DNA of 64,000 bases, taken from Candidatus Udaeobacter sp. (GTDB lineage Bacteria > Patescibacteriota > Patescibacteriia > Magasanikbacterales > GWA2-37-8). The stretch is from positions 86,339 through 150,338 of the forward strand of contig DATION010000005.1 in assembly GCA_035473115.1 (NCBI GenBank), written 5' to 3'. Below, one piece after another: positions 32,717 through 41,742 of the stretch; position 1 is the stretch's first letter; every line of letters starts with the position of its first letter. A model generated the notes under the pieces. It saw only the letters and a list, made by a program, of their open reading frames with translations. It made no database searches and had not been told where the DNA came from. The translations under genes and the position numbers were made by a program.

Positions 32717-33097
32717 TTACGGAGCGGTTGTAGCGGAAACTAAACTGTTGATTACGTAAGTTGCCAAAGCGTAGGCAGACAAAATAATCGCCAAACCGAT
32801 AATACCAGAGAATATGTATCCCTTGGCTTCTCCTGTTTGTTCTTCATTTCCACCAGCAGTCATCCATTTAAAACCACCGATTAAGATAATTACTACGGCT
32901 ACGATACCGAGCAACCCCATAGCGGTTTTAATAATGCTAGCTACTGTGACGCGGATATCTTTTTGGCCCAAACCTGTGGAAGCGCCATATTGAATACCTA
33001 AGTCACTTGGAGTAACTAATGTTTGCGCCATTACCAAAGATGGAGCCATCATACCGATAGCTGCTAAAACAGCAAACAATTTTTTCAATTTCATCAT
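32717..33097 (-). CDS. VirB2/TrbC-like pilin (candidate major subunit)
   Basis: GGFKWMTAGGNEE motif; strongest RBS of the array (AAGGGGGTG). Confidence 0.8.
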   Translation of the reverse strand: MMKLKKLFAVLAAIGMMAPSLVMAQTLVTPSDLGIQYGASTGLGQKDIRVTVASIIKTAMGLLGIVAVVIILIGGFKWMTAGGNEEQTGEAKGYIFSGIIGLAIILSAYALATYVINSLVSATTAP

Positions 33098-33195
33098 ATT
33101 TTCACCCCCTTTCCAATATAAAATATATTATAATTTTCCATAAAATTTTTCACAAACCGCTAACTTTAAAATCTAAATTACTATACCATACCCAT

Positions 33196-33579
33196 TTACT
33201 TTTTGCTAGTCAGGTAATCGGTAAATGTAGACAACAATAAATAACTTGAAAAAACAAGAATTACACCGATAATTGCCCAGACCATGGTTTGCGTTCCGGT
33301 TTTTACTTTTTCTGGATTGCCGGCTGAAGTAAGCCATTGGAAGCCTCCCCAAATCAACATTAGCAAAGTTAAAGCACCAATAATTCCCAGAGCTCCTTTG
33401 ATAATAACATTAATTATACCGGTAGCTTCGGTGCCGCTGCTTAATGGGTTATCTAAACTGCAAATTTCTTGACCGCTGGCGTTAAAATTACAATTTTTTG
33501 CGGGAGAAGTTTGAGCCAACACAGAAGCAGGCAAAATAGCTAATCCGATTATATATAAAACTAAAATTATTTTTTTCAT
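33196..33579 (-). CDS. VirB2/TrbC-like pilin family protein
   Basis: LDNPL...GGFQWLTSAGNPEKV motif. Confidence 0.8.
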   Translation of the reverse strand: MKKIILVLYIIGLAILPASVLAQTSPAKNCNFNASGQEICSLDNPLSSGTEATGIINVIIKGALGIIGALTLLMLIWGGFQWLTSAGNPEKVKTGTQTMVWAIIGVILVFSSYLLLSTFTDYLTSKK

Positions 33580-33780
33580 AATCGAAATGAATGAGTTGAA
33601 TAATTTTAGATAAAATAATGAGTTTACTCAATTATTTTATCTAAAATTATTCATGAGTGAATGAGTTTATATTTTAATATAATCGAAATGAGTGAGTAAA
33701 ATAGACAGTGAGACATTTCATAGATCGCTTGCGAGCTAGAAATGTTGAATCTGGATATTTTTGAACGAATGAGTTTATAT
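33578..33780. repeat. Tandem pair of ~101-bp hairpin elements with conserved ends
   Basis: ataatcgaaatga.tgagt-[palindrome]-tga..gaatgagtttatat occurs twice. Confidence 0.8.
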
Positions 33781-33806
33781 GGGCTTTAGCCCATATAATA
33801 ATATTT

Positions 33807-34598
33807 TTATACTCCTAAAGAGCTAAATATAAAGCTGGCCAAAACATAACTAGCTAACATCATTACTACCCCCAGAGTAGTCCAAACCATTGTGATTTTA
33901 GCTTTTTCTACCTGCTCGCTGCCACCCGAAGCGGTCATCCATAAAAATCCGGAATAAATATATAAAACCAACGCTATTGAACCAATAAAAGCTAATAAAA
34001 TTTTTATGGTTCTATTGATAATATCGGTCGGACCGGAAAAATTAGCTTTATTCAATATTGATCTGGCTTGATTTTTTAAATCTCTGGCACTTGTGCCAGA
34101 CACGCCGCTGCCAGCGGGACAAGGGTCTGAAGTTATATTGCCTTGGCATGATTTCTTGGCCGCTGAATAATACATTGATTCTATATTTTGACAGCCATCA
34201 GCTTGAACACAACCCCACTGTCTCAGAGGGGGCGGACAAGAACTCGAAATAGAACTGCAAAAATCAAAATTATCTCCGCAATAGTTTGCACATATTCTAT
34301 TGGCAGTTTCTACCGAATCAGCTGAAATAGTTTTACATTCTTCGTTTTTAATACAGCCAAACTCTTTTTCCGGCGGGCAAGGCACCGCTAAACGAAGACA
34401 ATTACCGCCAATATTAAGGCTGGCACAGGAATTTTGACAAACAAAAGCGGCAGACTCAAAACTGCCAGCTGTGACATTTTTACAACCCATATTTCCTTGA
34501 CAGCCAAACTCATCCGCTCTTGCTTTATCAGCCTGAGCTGAAAAAAATAAGATACCAGATAAAATAAATAAAATATATTTTCCTCTAAAAATTTTCAT
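33807..34598 (-). CDS. Pilin family protein with three N-terminal Cys-rich repeats
   Basis: (F/W)GC....C..(I/V) repeats followed by YSGFLWMTASG pilin domain. Confidence 0.8.
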   Translation of the reverse strand: MKIFRGKYILFILSGILFFSAQADKARADEFGCQGNMGCKNVTAGSFESAAFVCQNSCASLNIGGNCLRLAVPCPPEKEFGCIKNEECKTISADSVETANRICANYCGDNFDFCSSISSSCPPPLRQWGCVQADGCQNIESMYYSAAKKSCQGNITSDPCPAGSGVSGTSARDLKNQARSILNKANFSGPTDIINRTIKILLAFIGSIALVLYIYSGFLWMTASGGSEQVEKAKITMVWTTLGVVMMLASYVLASFIFSSLGV

Positions 34599-34610
34599 AC
34601 ATCAATTGTA

Positions 34611-35045
34611 TTAGCCTAACAATGTATAATCTGTTTTTAAACCAACAGCTGTTCCCAAGAATCTGACCAGCATATAAGCGCTAAAAACTATAACTAACCC
34701 GATAATGGCAGCCACCAAAATATCTTTACCTTTTTTTACCTGATCAGAAGATCCTTGAGACAGGATTAAGGTAAACCCACCATAGATAAAAGCCAGCAAC
34801 GCTAAGGCGCCGACAATCGTAAATAAATAACTGACAAACTTTAATAAGAGAATTACAAATATACTTATACTGCGGCATTCACCTTCATCGCTAGGATTGC
34901 CGGTCGGCTCTTTTAAAGCGCAGTCGGGAATAAATTTACTAGTTCCGGATGCTGTATTGGCAGTTTGTGCCAAAACTTGTTTCGTACCAAAAAACAGCGA
35001 TGCGAACATTGTAAAAATTAAAATAACTTTTGAAAAACGAGACAT
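34611..35045 (-). CDS. VirB2/TrbC-like pilin family protein
   Basis: YGGFTLILSQG..DQVKKGK...AIIG motif. Confidence 0.8.
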   Translation of the reverse strand: MSRFSKVILIFTMFASLFFGTKQVLAQTANTASGTSKFIPDCALKEPTGNPSDEGECRSISIFVILLLKFVSYLFTIVGALALLAFIYGGFTLILSQGSSDQVKKGKDILVAAIIGLVIVFSAYMLVRFLGTAVGLKTDYTLLG

Positions 35046-35049
35046 AATT

Positions 35050-36414
35050 TTATTGTGTCTGACTAATCTTGGCCGCGGCGCGATTTAAAATTTCCTGTTT
35101 CCATTGCAATTCCTGCTCTGACTGAGGCGCCGGAAGCAACCATTCCCGCGTCATATCATTTAAGGCTTTAACGGCAGTATCATAATCCTTGCCTTTATAC
35201 CAACTATCAGAAACTAAAGCTTGTGAAACAAATGGATAAAGTTCGGTGTTATCCAACTGCATAGCTATATAAGCGCGCAAGGCAGATGGCCGGCCGGATT
35301 GATCTAAGTAATCTTTGGTGGCCTTGGAATGAGCTAAGTAATTTAGCAAAGCCCAAGACTCATTTTTGTTTTTTGATTTTTCTAAAACAGTCTGCACCCA
35401 ATAGTTGGCTGCGTTTACCGGCTGTTCGGGATTAAGCTGCAGCATTGGTAAAATAGAAACATTTAACTGCGGAGCGCGCGCTTTTATGACCGGATAATGA
35501 TAGCTATAACCAAAGAAGAATGCCAACGAACCATTAACGAATTTATCCAGAGCATTGTCCATGCTTTCATTCCAAGAATAGGTATCACGGGCAGGATTAG
35601 CAAAATCGGTATAAAAATCCATTACCGACATAGCTCGGCTAGCCTGATTTTGAAAAATAGCTGAACCGTTTTTATCTACCAAACTGACGCCGCTTTGTTT
35701 GAAAAGAATATAAAGAAGATCTTCAAAGCCGGGAATGTTGTTTCCAGTTCCCAGTCCGGCTCCGGATTGTAAAATTTTGCCTGATTTTTTATCAAATTTA
35801 GTCAGCTGTTTAACCGCCTTCTGAAAATCTTCCCAATTTTTTGGCGGCTCAGCCACACCCGCTTGATCGAGCAGGTCTTTATTATAAAATAAAGCGATGT
35901 TTTCTAAAGATAAAGGCAAGCCATAAACTTTTCCGTCCATTATTACGTCATTTTTAACAGCCTGAACATATTCTTTATCAATTTGAATGGCTGTCGGCAA
36001 ATTTACAGTAGGCGTGTCTATAATAGTCTGAGTTCCTAAAGTTGTTTTTTCTACCCGTACCGTGGCGTCCGGAACTGAAGCAGGCATTGGAGATAATTTT
36101 GGCTGATAAAAACGTAGCCAGCGATTGCGCACTGAAATAATATCCGGCCCTTTATCTTCGGCCAAAGCTTCAAGCAAACGCGGATAAATTTCTTCAGCTC
36201 TAAGCTGTTTTAAATTAACAGTTAAATATGGACGATCAGCTTTGTATTTATCTATCTGCACCTGCAGAGCGTCAACATCATCAAAAACAGTCCAAAATTC
36301 TAAAGTGACTGGTTTGGTAGCTTCTATTTGCTGTTGAGACAAACCTTTACAGCCTAAACCAAACAAAGGCAAAGTAATTGCTATTGCTAGAATAGGAAAA
36401 AGCTTCTTAAGCAT
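35050..36414 (-). CDS. Extracellular solute-binding lipoprotein (ABC family 1)
   Basis: GLGC lipobox; GPDI and YGLP....ALFYNKDLL...PPKNWE motifs. Confidence 0.9.
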   Translation of the reverse strand: MLKKLFPILAIAITLPLFGLGCKGLSQQQIEATKPVTLEFWTVFDDVDALQVQIDKYKADRPYLTVNLKQLRAEEIYPRLLEALAEDKGPDIISVRNRWLRFYQPKLSPMPASVPDATVRVEKTTLGTQTIIDTPTVNLPTAIQIDKEYVQAVKNDVIMDGKVYGLPLSLENIALFYNKDLLDQAGVAEPPKNWEDFQKAVKQLTKFDKKSGKILQSGAGLGTGNNIPGFEDLLYILFKQSGVSLVDKNGSAIFQNQASRAMSVMDFYTDFANPARDTYSWNESMDNALDKFVNGSLAFFFGYSYHYPVIKARAPQLNVSILPMLQLNPEQPVNAANYWVQTVLEKSKNKNESWALLNYLAHSKATKDYLDQSGRPSALRAYIAMQLDNTELYPFVSQALVSDSWYKGKDYDTAVKALNDMTREWLLPAPQSEQELQWKQEILNRAAAKISQTQ

Positions 36415-36449
36415 AGATAAATTTTATTTTGCTCTAATAGCTTTGGCTA

Positions 36450-37316
36450 TTATATCACACTGCGTAAATAACTTCTAAATTCTTCTGATAATTTTTTATC
36501 GCGCAAAGCAAAATCAACATTAGCTTTAAGGTAGCCAAGCTTTGAACCGGTATCATAATAAACGCCGTCTATCTTTTTGGCGTAAATTGGGCGTTTTTTA
36601 AGCAGTTTGAAAATTGCATCTACTAACCAAAGTTCGCTATCTTTTCCCAACTCGGTTTTTTCTAGAGCTTCAAAAATATCCGGCGTAAAAATAAAACCGC
36701 CCAAACTGGCTAAACGCGAAGGAGCTTTGGCTGGACCAGGTTTTTCTACGATATTTTTAATTTGATAAGTACCGTCTTCGACTGTTAATGCATCTATAAT
36801 CCCATGCTTTTCTGTACCTTTATCATCTACTTCATAAGCGGTAAGGACCGGATTTTCAAATTTTTCATAAACCTCTATTAGCTGTTTAAGCTGCGGTTTT
36901 TTTGGCGCATAAAAAAACTCATCGCCCCACATTACAGCAAAAGGCTCATCGCCAATAATATCTTTGGCGCATAAAACTGGCGTGCCGTTGCCATACGGAC
37001 CTTTTTGACGAATAAAGATAAAATTAGCCATATCAGCAATTTTTTGTACCTCTTCAGCCATTTCATCCTTGCCTTGTTTTTTTAGCCAATTAAATAATTC
37101 ATAATTTGGACTAAAGTGGTCCTCTACCGCCCGTTTACTTGGGCCGGTTACCATTATAATATCGGTAATGCCGGATTTTACAGCATCTTCAACTACATAT
37201 TGAATAATCGGCTTATCTACCACTGGTAACATCTCTTTTGGCTGAGCCTTGGTCGCTGGTAAAAACCGAGTGCCCAGACCAGCTACGGGAATAACTAATT
37301 TTCTGATTTTAGACAT
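36450..37316 (-). CDS. galU: UTP--glucose-1-phosphate uridylyltransferase
   Basis: PVAGLGTRFLPATKAQPKEMLP. Confidence 0.97.
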   Translation of the reverse strand: MSKIRKLVIPVAGLGTRFLPATKAQPKEMLPVVDKPIIQYVVEDAVKSGITDIIMVTGPSKRAVEDHFSPNYELFNWLKKQGKDEMAEEVQKIADMANFIFIRQKGPYGNGTPVLCAKDIIGDEPFAVMWGDEFFYAPKKPQLKQLIEVYEKFENPVLTAYEVDDKGTEKHGIIDALTVEDGTYQIKNIVEKPGPAKAPSRLASLGGFIFTPDIFEALEKTELGKDSELWLVDAIFKLLKKRPIYAKKIDGVYYDTGSKLGYLKANVDFALRDKKLSEEFRSYLRSVI

Positions 37317-37395
37317 AAAAAATTAAATAAAAACTACCTTTCAAAACTCGGTTTATTATACAAACTAAGCCAAAACTTTGCAAATTATAAAAATA

Positions 37396-38829
37396 TTATT
37401 TTACTACTTCCCAACTGATAAGATTGTATTCCGAACCAACCGGAAATCCTGGTGGCGGGCCATAGGTTAGGTTGGCATCATAATTATAAGTTTGGGTCTG
37501 ATACCCGGAAACAACATTATTGCCTGATAACCAAGAAACACCACCCACTTTGTACAAAATTCTTGAACCAAACACATTTAAAGCTGTTTTTACGGGACTG
37601 CCTGAGCCGCTATAATTATATCTTTTGAAAGTTCCGTTCTGAGAAAGCAGAGCGCCATCAATATTCAAAGTATCCGGGCTACTATAAGGAAGTAAGATAT
37701 TTTGATCAGCGATTAAGCCTAAATTATTAGTGCCGTCAGCTGCCAGATAAGTGAGATTGCCATTGATAACCATAAACTTGCCGACTCCACCACCGACTGT
37801 TACTCGGCCTTTTAAAACTCCATCTACCCAAACATTATCATCAACATATATATAGCTACTGGTAGGAATGGTATGCACTGTGGCTGAACCAAATGTTTTA
37901 GCATCAATACACGGCGTTGGATTAACATCAAATGTTGTGCCGGTATCGGGATCTCTATCTTTGCCGGCGTGAGCTGTACAAGTTAAAACTTTTGAGACAC
38001 TGACTGTGCCATTATTTATAAAACGAATTCGCCAGCCCAATTGACCGGAAGAAGATAAATATGGCCAATTCCCTCCGCCTTCAGCCATTGTTGCCGCTTT
38101 AATTTCAGCCAATTTTGCAGTCACAGCCGAAAAATCTTTGGCCGGAACTGGAAATTGCCAATAAGTGGTCGGACCGCCCGCTCCCCAGACACCTGGTTTA
38201 TTACTGCGAGAAGAAGTATTGCCGCTACAATGAATAGTCGGGCAAGTATACGTAGCCATAGCACTCATAACTGGAGCATTAGCCACGCCGTCAAATCTGA
38301 TACCGCCATTAGCCTGAATCTTTCCAAAACTTGGGCCGGTTAAAAATAAATTTGCGTTTTGCAAAACTGCAAAATCAGCCAGGGACGGAAATCCTAAGCG
38401 TGCTTTAATGATCCGCTGACTATTTGTTTGACTGTTAAGCACGCCGGTTGATTGAACGGTAACAACTGTTGAACCGGTGGATGGTTTTGTGATAACCAAA
38501 GAAAATTGTCCGATAACTTTGCCATCTTTATCTTTATAATCATGCACATATGGCCCGGGAGTGCTGGTGCCATGACCATCATAATAATCCGTTTTGGAGT
38601 GAGCTAAATGCCAGCGATAATAATTTATTCCGGCATCGGCTATTTGCAAAGCCATTTCTCGATTATGTTTTCTGTTGGAAGCGGTGTTTTCGGCAACAGC
38701 ATAGCCGGAAAGGCCGAGGACAATTATGGATAAACTAATCGTACCAAAAACCATTACAAACAATAATATATTGCCGCGTTTATTTTTTAAAAATCTTTTA
38801 TAATTTTTTTCTAAAAATTTTAGGATCAT
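37396..38829 (-). CDS. PilX-like minor pilin / pilus assembly protein
   Basis: KRG-ILLFV N-terminus, A...ADAGI, W.EV-type C-terminus. Confidence 0.75.
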   Translation of the reverse strand: MILKFLEKNYKRFLKNKRGNILLFVMVFGTISLSIIVLGLSGYAVAENTASNRKHNREMALQIADAGINYYRWHLAHSKTDYYDGHGTSTPGPYVHDYKDKDGKVIGQFSLVITKPSTGSTVVTVQSTGVLNSQTNSQRIIKARLGFPSLADFAVLQNANLFLTGPSFGKIQANGGIRFDGVANAPVMSAMATYTCPTIHCSGNTSSRSNKPGVWGAGGPTTYWQFPVPAKDFSAVTAKLAEIKAATMAEGGGNWPYLSSSGQLGWRIRFINNGTVSVSKVLTCTAHAGKDRDPDTGTTFDVNPTPCIDAKTFGSATVHTIPTSSYIYVDDNVWVDGVLKGRVTVGGGVGKFMVINGNLTYLAADGTNNLGLIADQNILLPYSSPDTLNIDGALLSQNGTFKRYNYSGSGSPVKTALNVFGSRILYKVGGVSWLSGNNVVSGYQTQTYNYDANLTYGPPPGFPVGSEYNLISWEVVK

Positions 38830-38840
38830 ATCCTGCTTAA

Positions 38841-39464
38841 TTAATTATCCTTCAAGTTTCTTAGCAATGCTTTTGATTCAATAAAAAATGGCACCGGAGT
38901 TAAGTGAGGATCTTCGTCAAGCTGCAAAGTAATTTTTACCATTCGCACTTTGGTAATATCTATCGGCATTGGCAAAGAGGCCTGGGCTCCGGAATAGGCG
39001 CTATCATAATAATAAAAAATATTTGTGCTGGTGTTGGCAACATCATGAGCCACTACCGTAATAACCTCATTGCCGGAAGGATAAGTGAGCGGGGTGCCAG
39101 TTGGTTTGATTACACCTTTTTTTAAAGTTCTGTTTGAAAAAAAATACCGCAATCGCTCTCTTAGAGTGTCGCTATCAATATTGCTATAAAAAACTATTGA
39201 TGAAGTGGAAGCCGATTCAATTGGATAGCCGCCAATACTGGAAAGTGAAGCTGTGCGCAATTCATTAACAAAATCCTGCGTCACTTTACGTCCTTCATTT
39301 TGAGTTTTTAATTGTTCCCAAACAATTCCGTTATACCTTGTGCTGGTTAAATAGAGGGCCGAAACTCCTAAAATTAAAAAACTAAATATACCAATAGCCA
39401 CCAGAACTTCTACCAGAGTTAAGCCGCGATTATTAATTTTAAATTCAACAAAAAATTTAGGCAT
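38841..39464 (-). CDS. Type IV prepilin-like protein (PilW-like)
   Basis: RG/LTLVE class III signal peptide. Confidence 0.85.
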   Translation of the reverse strand: MPKFFVEFKINNRGLTLVEVLVAIGIFSFLILGVSALYLTSTRYNGIVWEQLKTQNEGRKVTQDFVNELRTASLSSIGGYPIESASTSSIVFYSNIDSDTLRERLRYFFSNRTLKKGVIKPTGTPLTYPSGNEVITVVAHDVANTSTNIFYYYDSAYSGAQASLPMPIDITKVRMVKITLQLDEDPHLTPVPFFIESKALLRNLKDN

Positions 39465-39469
39465 ATATT

Positions 39470-41263
39470 TTAAGGAGACATCTCAACTACGGCTTCGGCA
39501 TTTCCACTGACATCGACAGTGTCATTGGTGGAAGTGTAACCGGACCGAGATACATTTACAGTATACGTATCTGGCGATAAACCGCTAAAAAATATCTGTC
39601 CGGGAGGAATACAGCTGGTAATGTAAGTAAAAGCAACTTCCGAAAGAGTGGGAGTAAAAGAATTATTTGCTGTATTTAAAAATACCTTATATCTTAAATA
39701 CCGGTGGCCATTATGGCCGCTCCAAATTAGCGTGCTAGTCGGGGTATAATAAGTGTCGCTGGCGCCATCTGGTCCGCTAAAATCCCATTGGCTAGGGCTG
39801 CTGGAATTAGTGGAAGCCAATTGAAAAGTAATCGGGTTAACACCTGTCTCGGCAGGCTGAGATAAAGGCGAGAATACGATATTATTGAAATTTGCTGCCA
39901 CTCCCAAATCTATAGTGGCCGACTCTAACCAGCCGCTGCCCAAATAAATACTGCCAACTTTTTTTAATTTTAAATCTCCGTCCGGAAAATTATTTTCTAT
40001 ATTTCCATTGTCGGCAAAATATTGATCCTGATTAAGATAATCCACTTGTCCGGAACCACCGCTCCAATCAGTTTGACGCACAAAACCATAACCGGTTACT
40101 CGGCTTTCGTTATAGCCACTGCCAATAACCTGCACGGTAGCATCGGATAATGGCAAACCGGTACTAGCATCTTTTACTTCTACTAAAAGAGAATTAGCAG
40201 AATGCGGCTGCAAAATAATAGAGGCATTTTGGGTTAAACCAGGCGTCAAATCTATCGGCAATAACGGAGTAGATCCCCCGATAGTATAAGCGGGGCTAGT
40301 AACAGATACATGGTACTTATCCCACTCAAAATTTGAAAAGTTATAATCGCCGCTACTATTAGCGGTTAAATTTTTATTATACTTAAAAACATCCGGACCC
40401 GTACCGATTTTCTTTTCGCCTACTATATTAAACGGTACGCTGGCCACAGAAGCACAGGCCGGACTAATAAAATGCAATCCAAGAGAGCCTGTTTTATCTA
40501 TAGAAAAACTTAGGTCGGTAATCGCTTGACTAACCACATTGGCCGGAGGTTTAACTGGATTTGGTACATCTATACTTACCGGCACAGTATAATCTGAAGA
40601 ATACCCGGACTTGCTGATATTTATATGATAACTTAAAGTGCCGGTAGGAGTATCTATGATCCGTAAAAACCCATCACTATCGGTAACATCGCTAACAACA
40701 ACATTGGGAGTTTGAGCGGTATTAGTTACTGAAACATTAGCTCCAGCTACCGGCAAACCGTTATTATCAAACACTTGGATAAACAGTGCTCCGTTTTGAC
40801 TGGCACCTTCTAGTTGTTTAGGAGAGACAATTGTGCTTAAAATTACTGGCGTTTGCTGCAAACAGCCCAAACAGATGGCCGACATTTCCACCAATTTATA
40901 GTCTGCCGGCGCGGTATCGTTTGGCGTTCCGCCCAGAGTGCCATCAAACGGATCATCTATATTTCTGACGGTGGTAACTAAAGAAAAAATCTGACTATCG
41001 CGGATAGTGCTGGTTACTGCGGGCAGAACACCGCTAGGTATACCATTAATAATACCGACTTGATCATAAGGAAGATTACGAGCTACTTCTAGCCGCTCAG
41101 CCAAAAGCGCAGTTTCCAAAATTTTCATGCGCGACTGATAAACAACTTTAAACACCAAGCTGATGCCAGAGTAAATTCCTAAAGCAAATAACAAAAAAAT
41201 AGCCGAGGCCATTATTACCTCTAGAAGGGTAAAACCTTTTTTGTTTAAAAAAAGTTTATTCAT
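39470..41263 (-). CDS. Prepilin with carboxypeptidase-regulatory-like beta domains
   Basis: KG/FTLLE cleavage motif and PVAGANV / PLSDATV repeats. Confidence 0.8.
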   Translation of the reverse strand: MNKLFLNKKGFTLLEVIMASAIFLLFALGIYSGISLVFKVVYQSRMKILETALLAERLEVARNLPYDQVGIINGIPSGVLPAVTSTIRDSQIFSLVTTVRNIDDPFDGTLGGTPNDTAPADYKLVEMSAICLGCLQQTPVILSTIVSPKQLEGASQNGALFIQVFDNNGLPVAGANVSVTNTAQTPNVVVSDVTDSDGFLRIIDTPTGTLSYHINISKSGYSSDYTVPVSIDVPNPVKPPANVVSQAITDLSFSIDKTGSLGLHFISPACASVASVPFNIVGEKKIGTGPDVFKYNKNLTANSSGDYNFSNFEWDKYHVSVTSPAYTIGGSTPLLPIDLTPGLTQNASIILQPHSANSLLVEVKDASTGLPLSDATVQVIGSGYNESRVTGYGFVRQTDWSGGSGQVDYLNQDQYFADNGNIENNFPDGDLKLKKVGSIYLGSGWLESATIDLGVAANFNNIVFSPLSQPAETGVNPITFQLASTNSSSPSQWDFSGPDGASDTYYTPTSTLIWSGHNGHRYLRYKVFLNTANNSFTPTLSEVAFTYITSCIPPGQIFFSGLSPDTYTVNVSRSGYTSTNDTVDVSGNAEAVVEMSP

Positions 41264-41354
41264 TATTTATATTATACCATAACTTAACAAGTAAAAAAAT
41301 AATCCCAAAAACATTTTCTGAGACGAAGTTTAATCAGCGCGATAAACAGCAAAT

Positions 41355-41723
41355 TTATTCTAAGTAGGCCTTATTGGCGATAAGCGAGAGTAATTCTTTT
41401 ACTCTACTTTGACCATCTGTTTCGGTTTTGGCGGCCAAAAAAGCATTCCATGTTTGGGTGAGAGATTCGTCATGGATATCGGCAACTGCGTTTTGCAATT
41501 CAACTCTGGTATTAAAATCTACAGCTCCGTTGGCATTTAAAACTTTATCGATAAATAATTTTTGAAATGCCAGGATCTTTTTATTATGAACAGTCCTTGA
41601 AAGCTGGTTTTGAGCTATATCTAATTGTGATTTTTTGGACGCAAATTCAATCCCCCAAACGATATTGGACGCTAACAAAAGAAAGATAACAAATAAGGTC
41701 GTCTTGTTAAAATAATTCATCAT
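41355..41723 (-). CDS. Hypothetical membrane-anchored protein
   Basis: ORF with N-terminal hydrophobic helix, co-oriented with neighbours. Confidence 0.7.
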   Translation of the reverse strand: MMNYFNKTTLFVIFLLLASNIVWGIEFASKKSQLDIAQNQLSRTVHNKKILAFQKLFIDKVLNANGAVDFNTRVELQNAVADIHDESLTQTWNAFLAAKTETDGQSRVKELLSLIANKAYLE

Positions 41724-41742
41724 ATTTATATTAAAGAATATT

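Noticed and set aside
33578-33780. CRISPR array
   Set aside because: Only two units, the cores are themselves palindromes, and no cas genes are present
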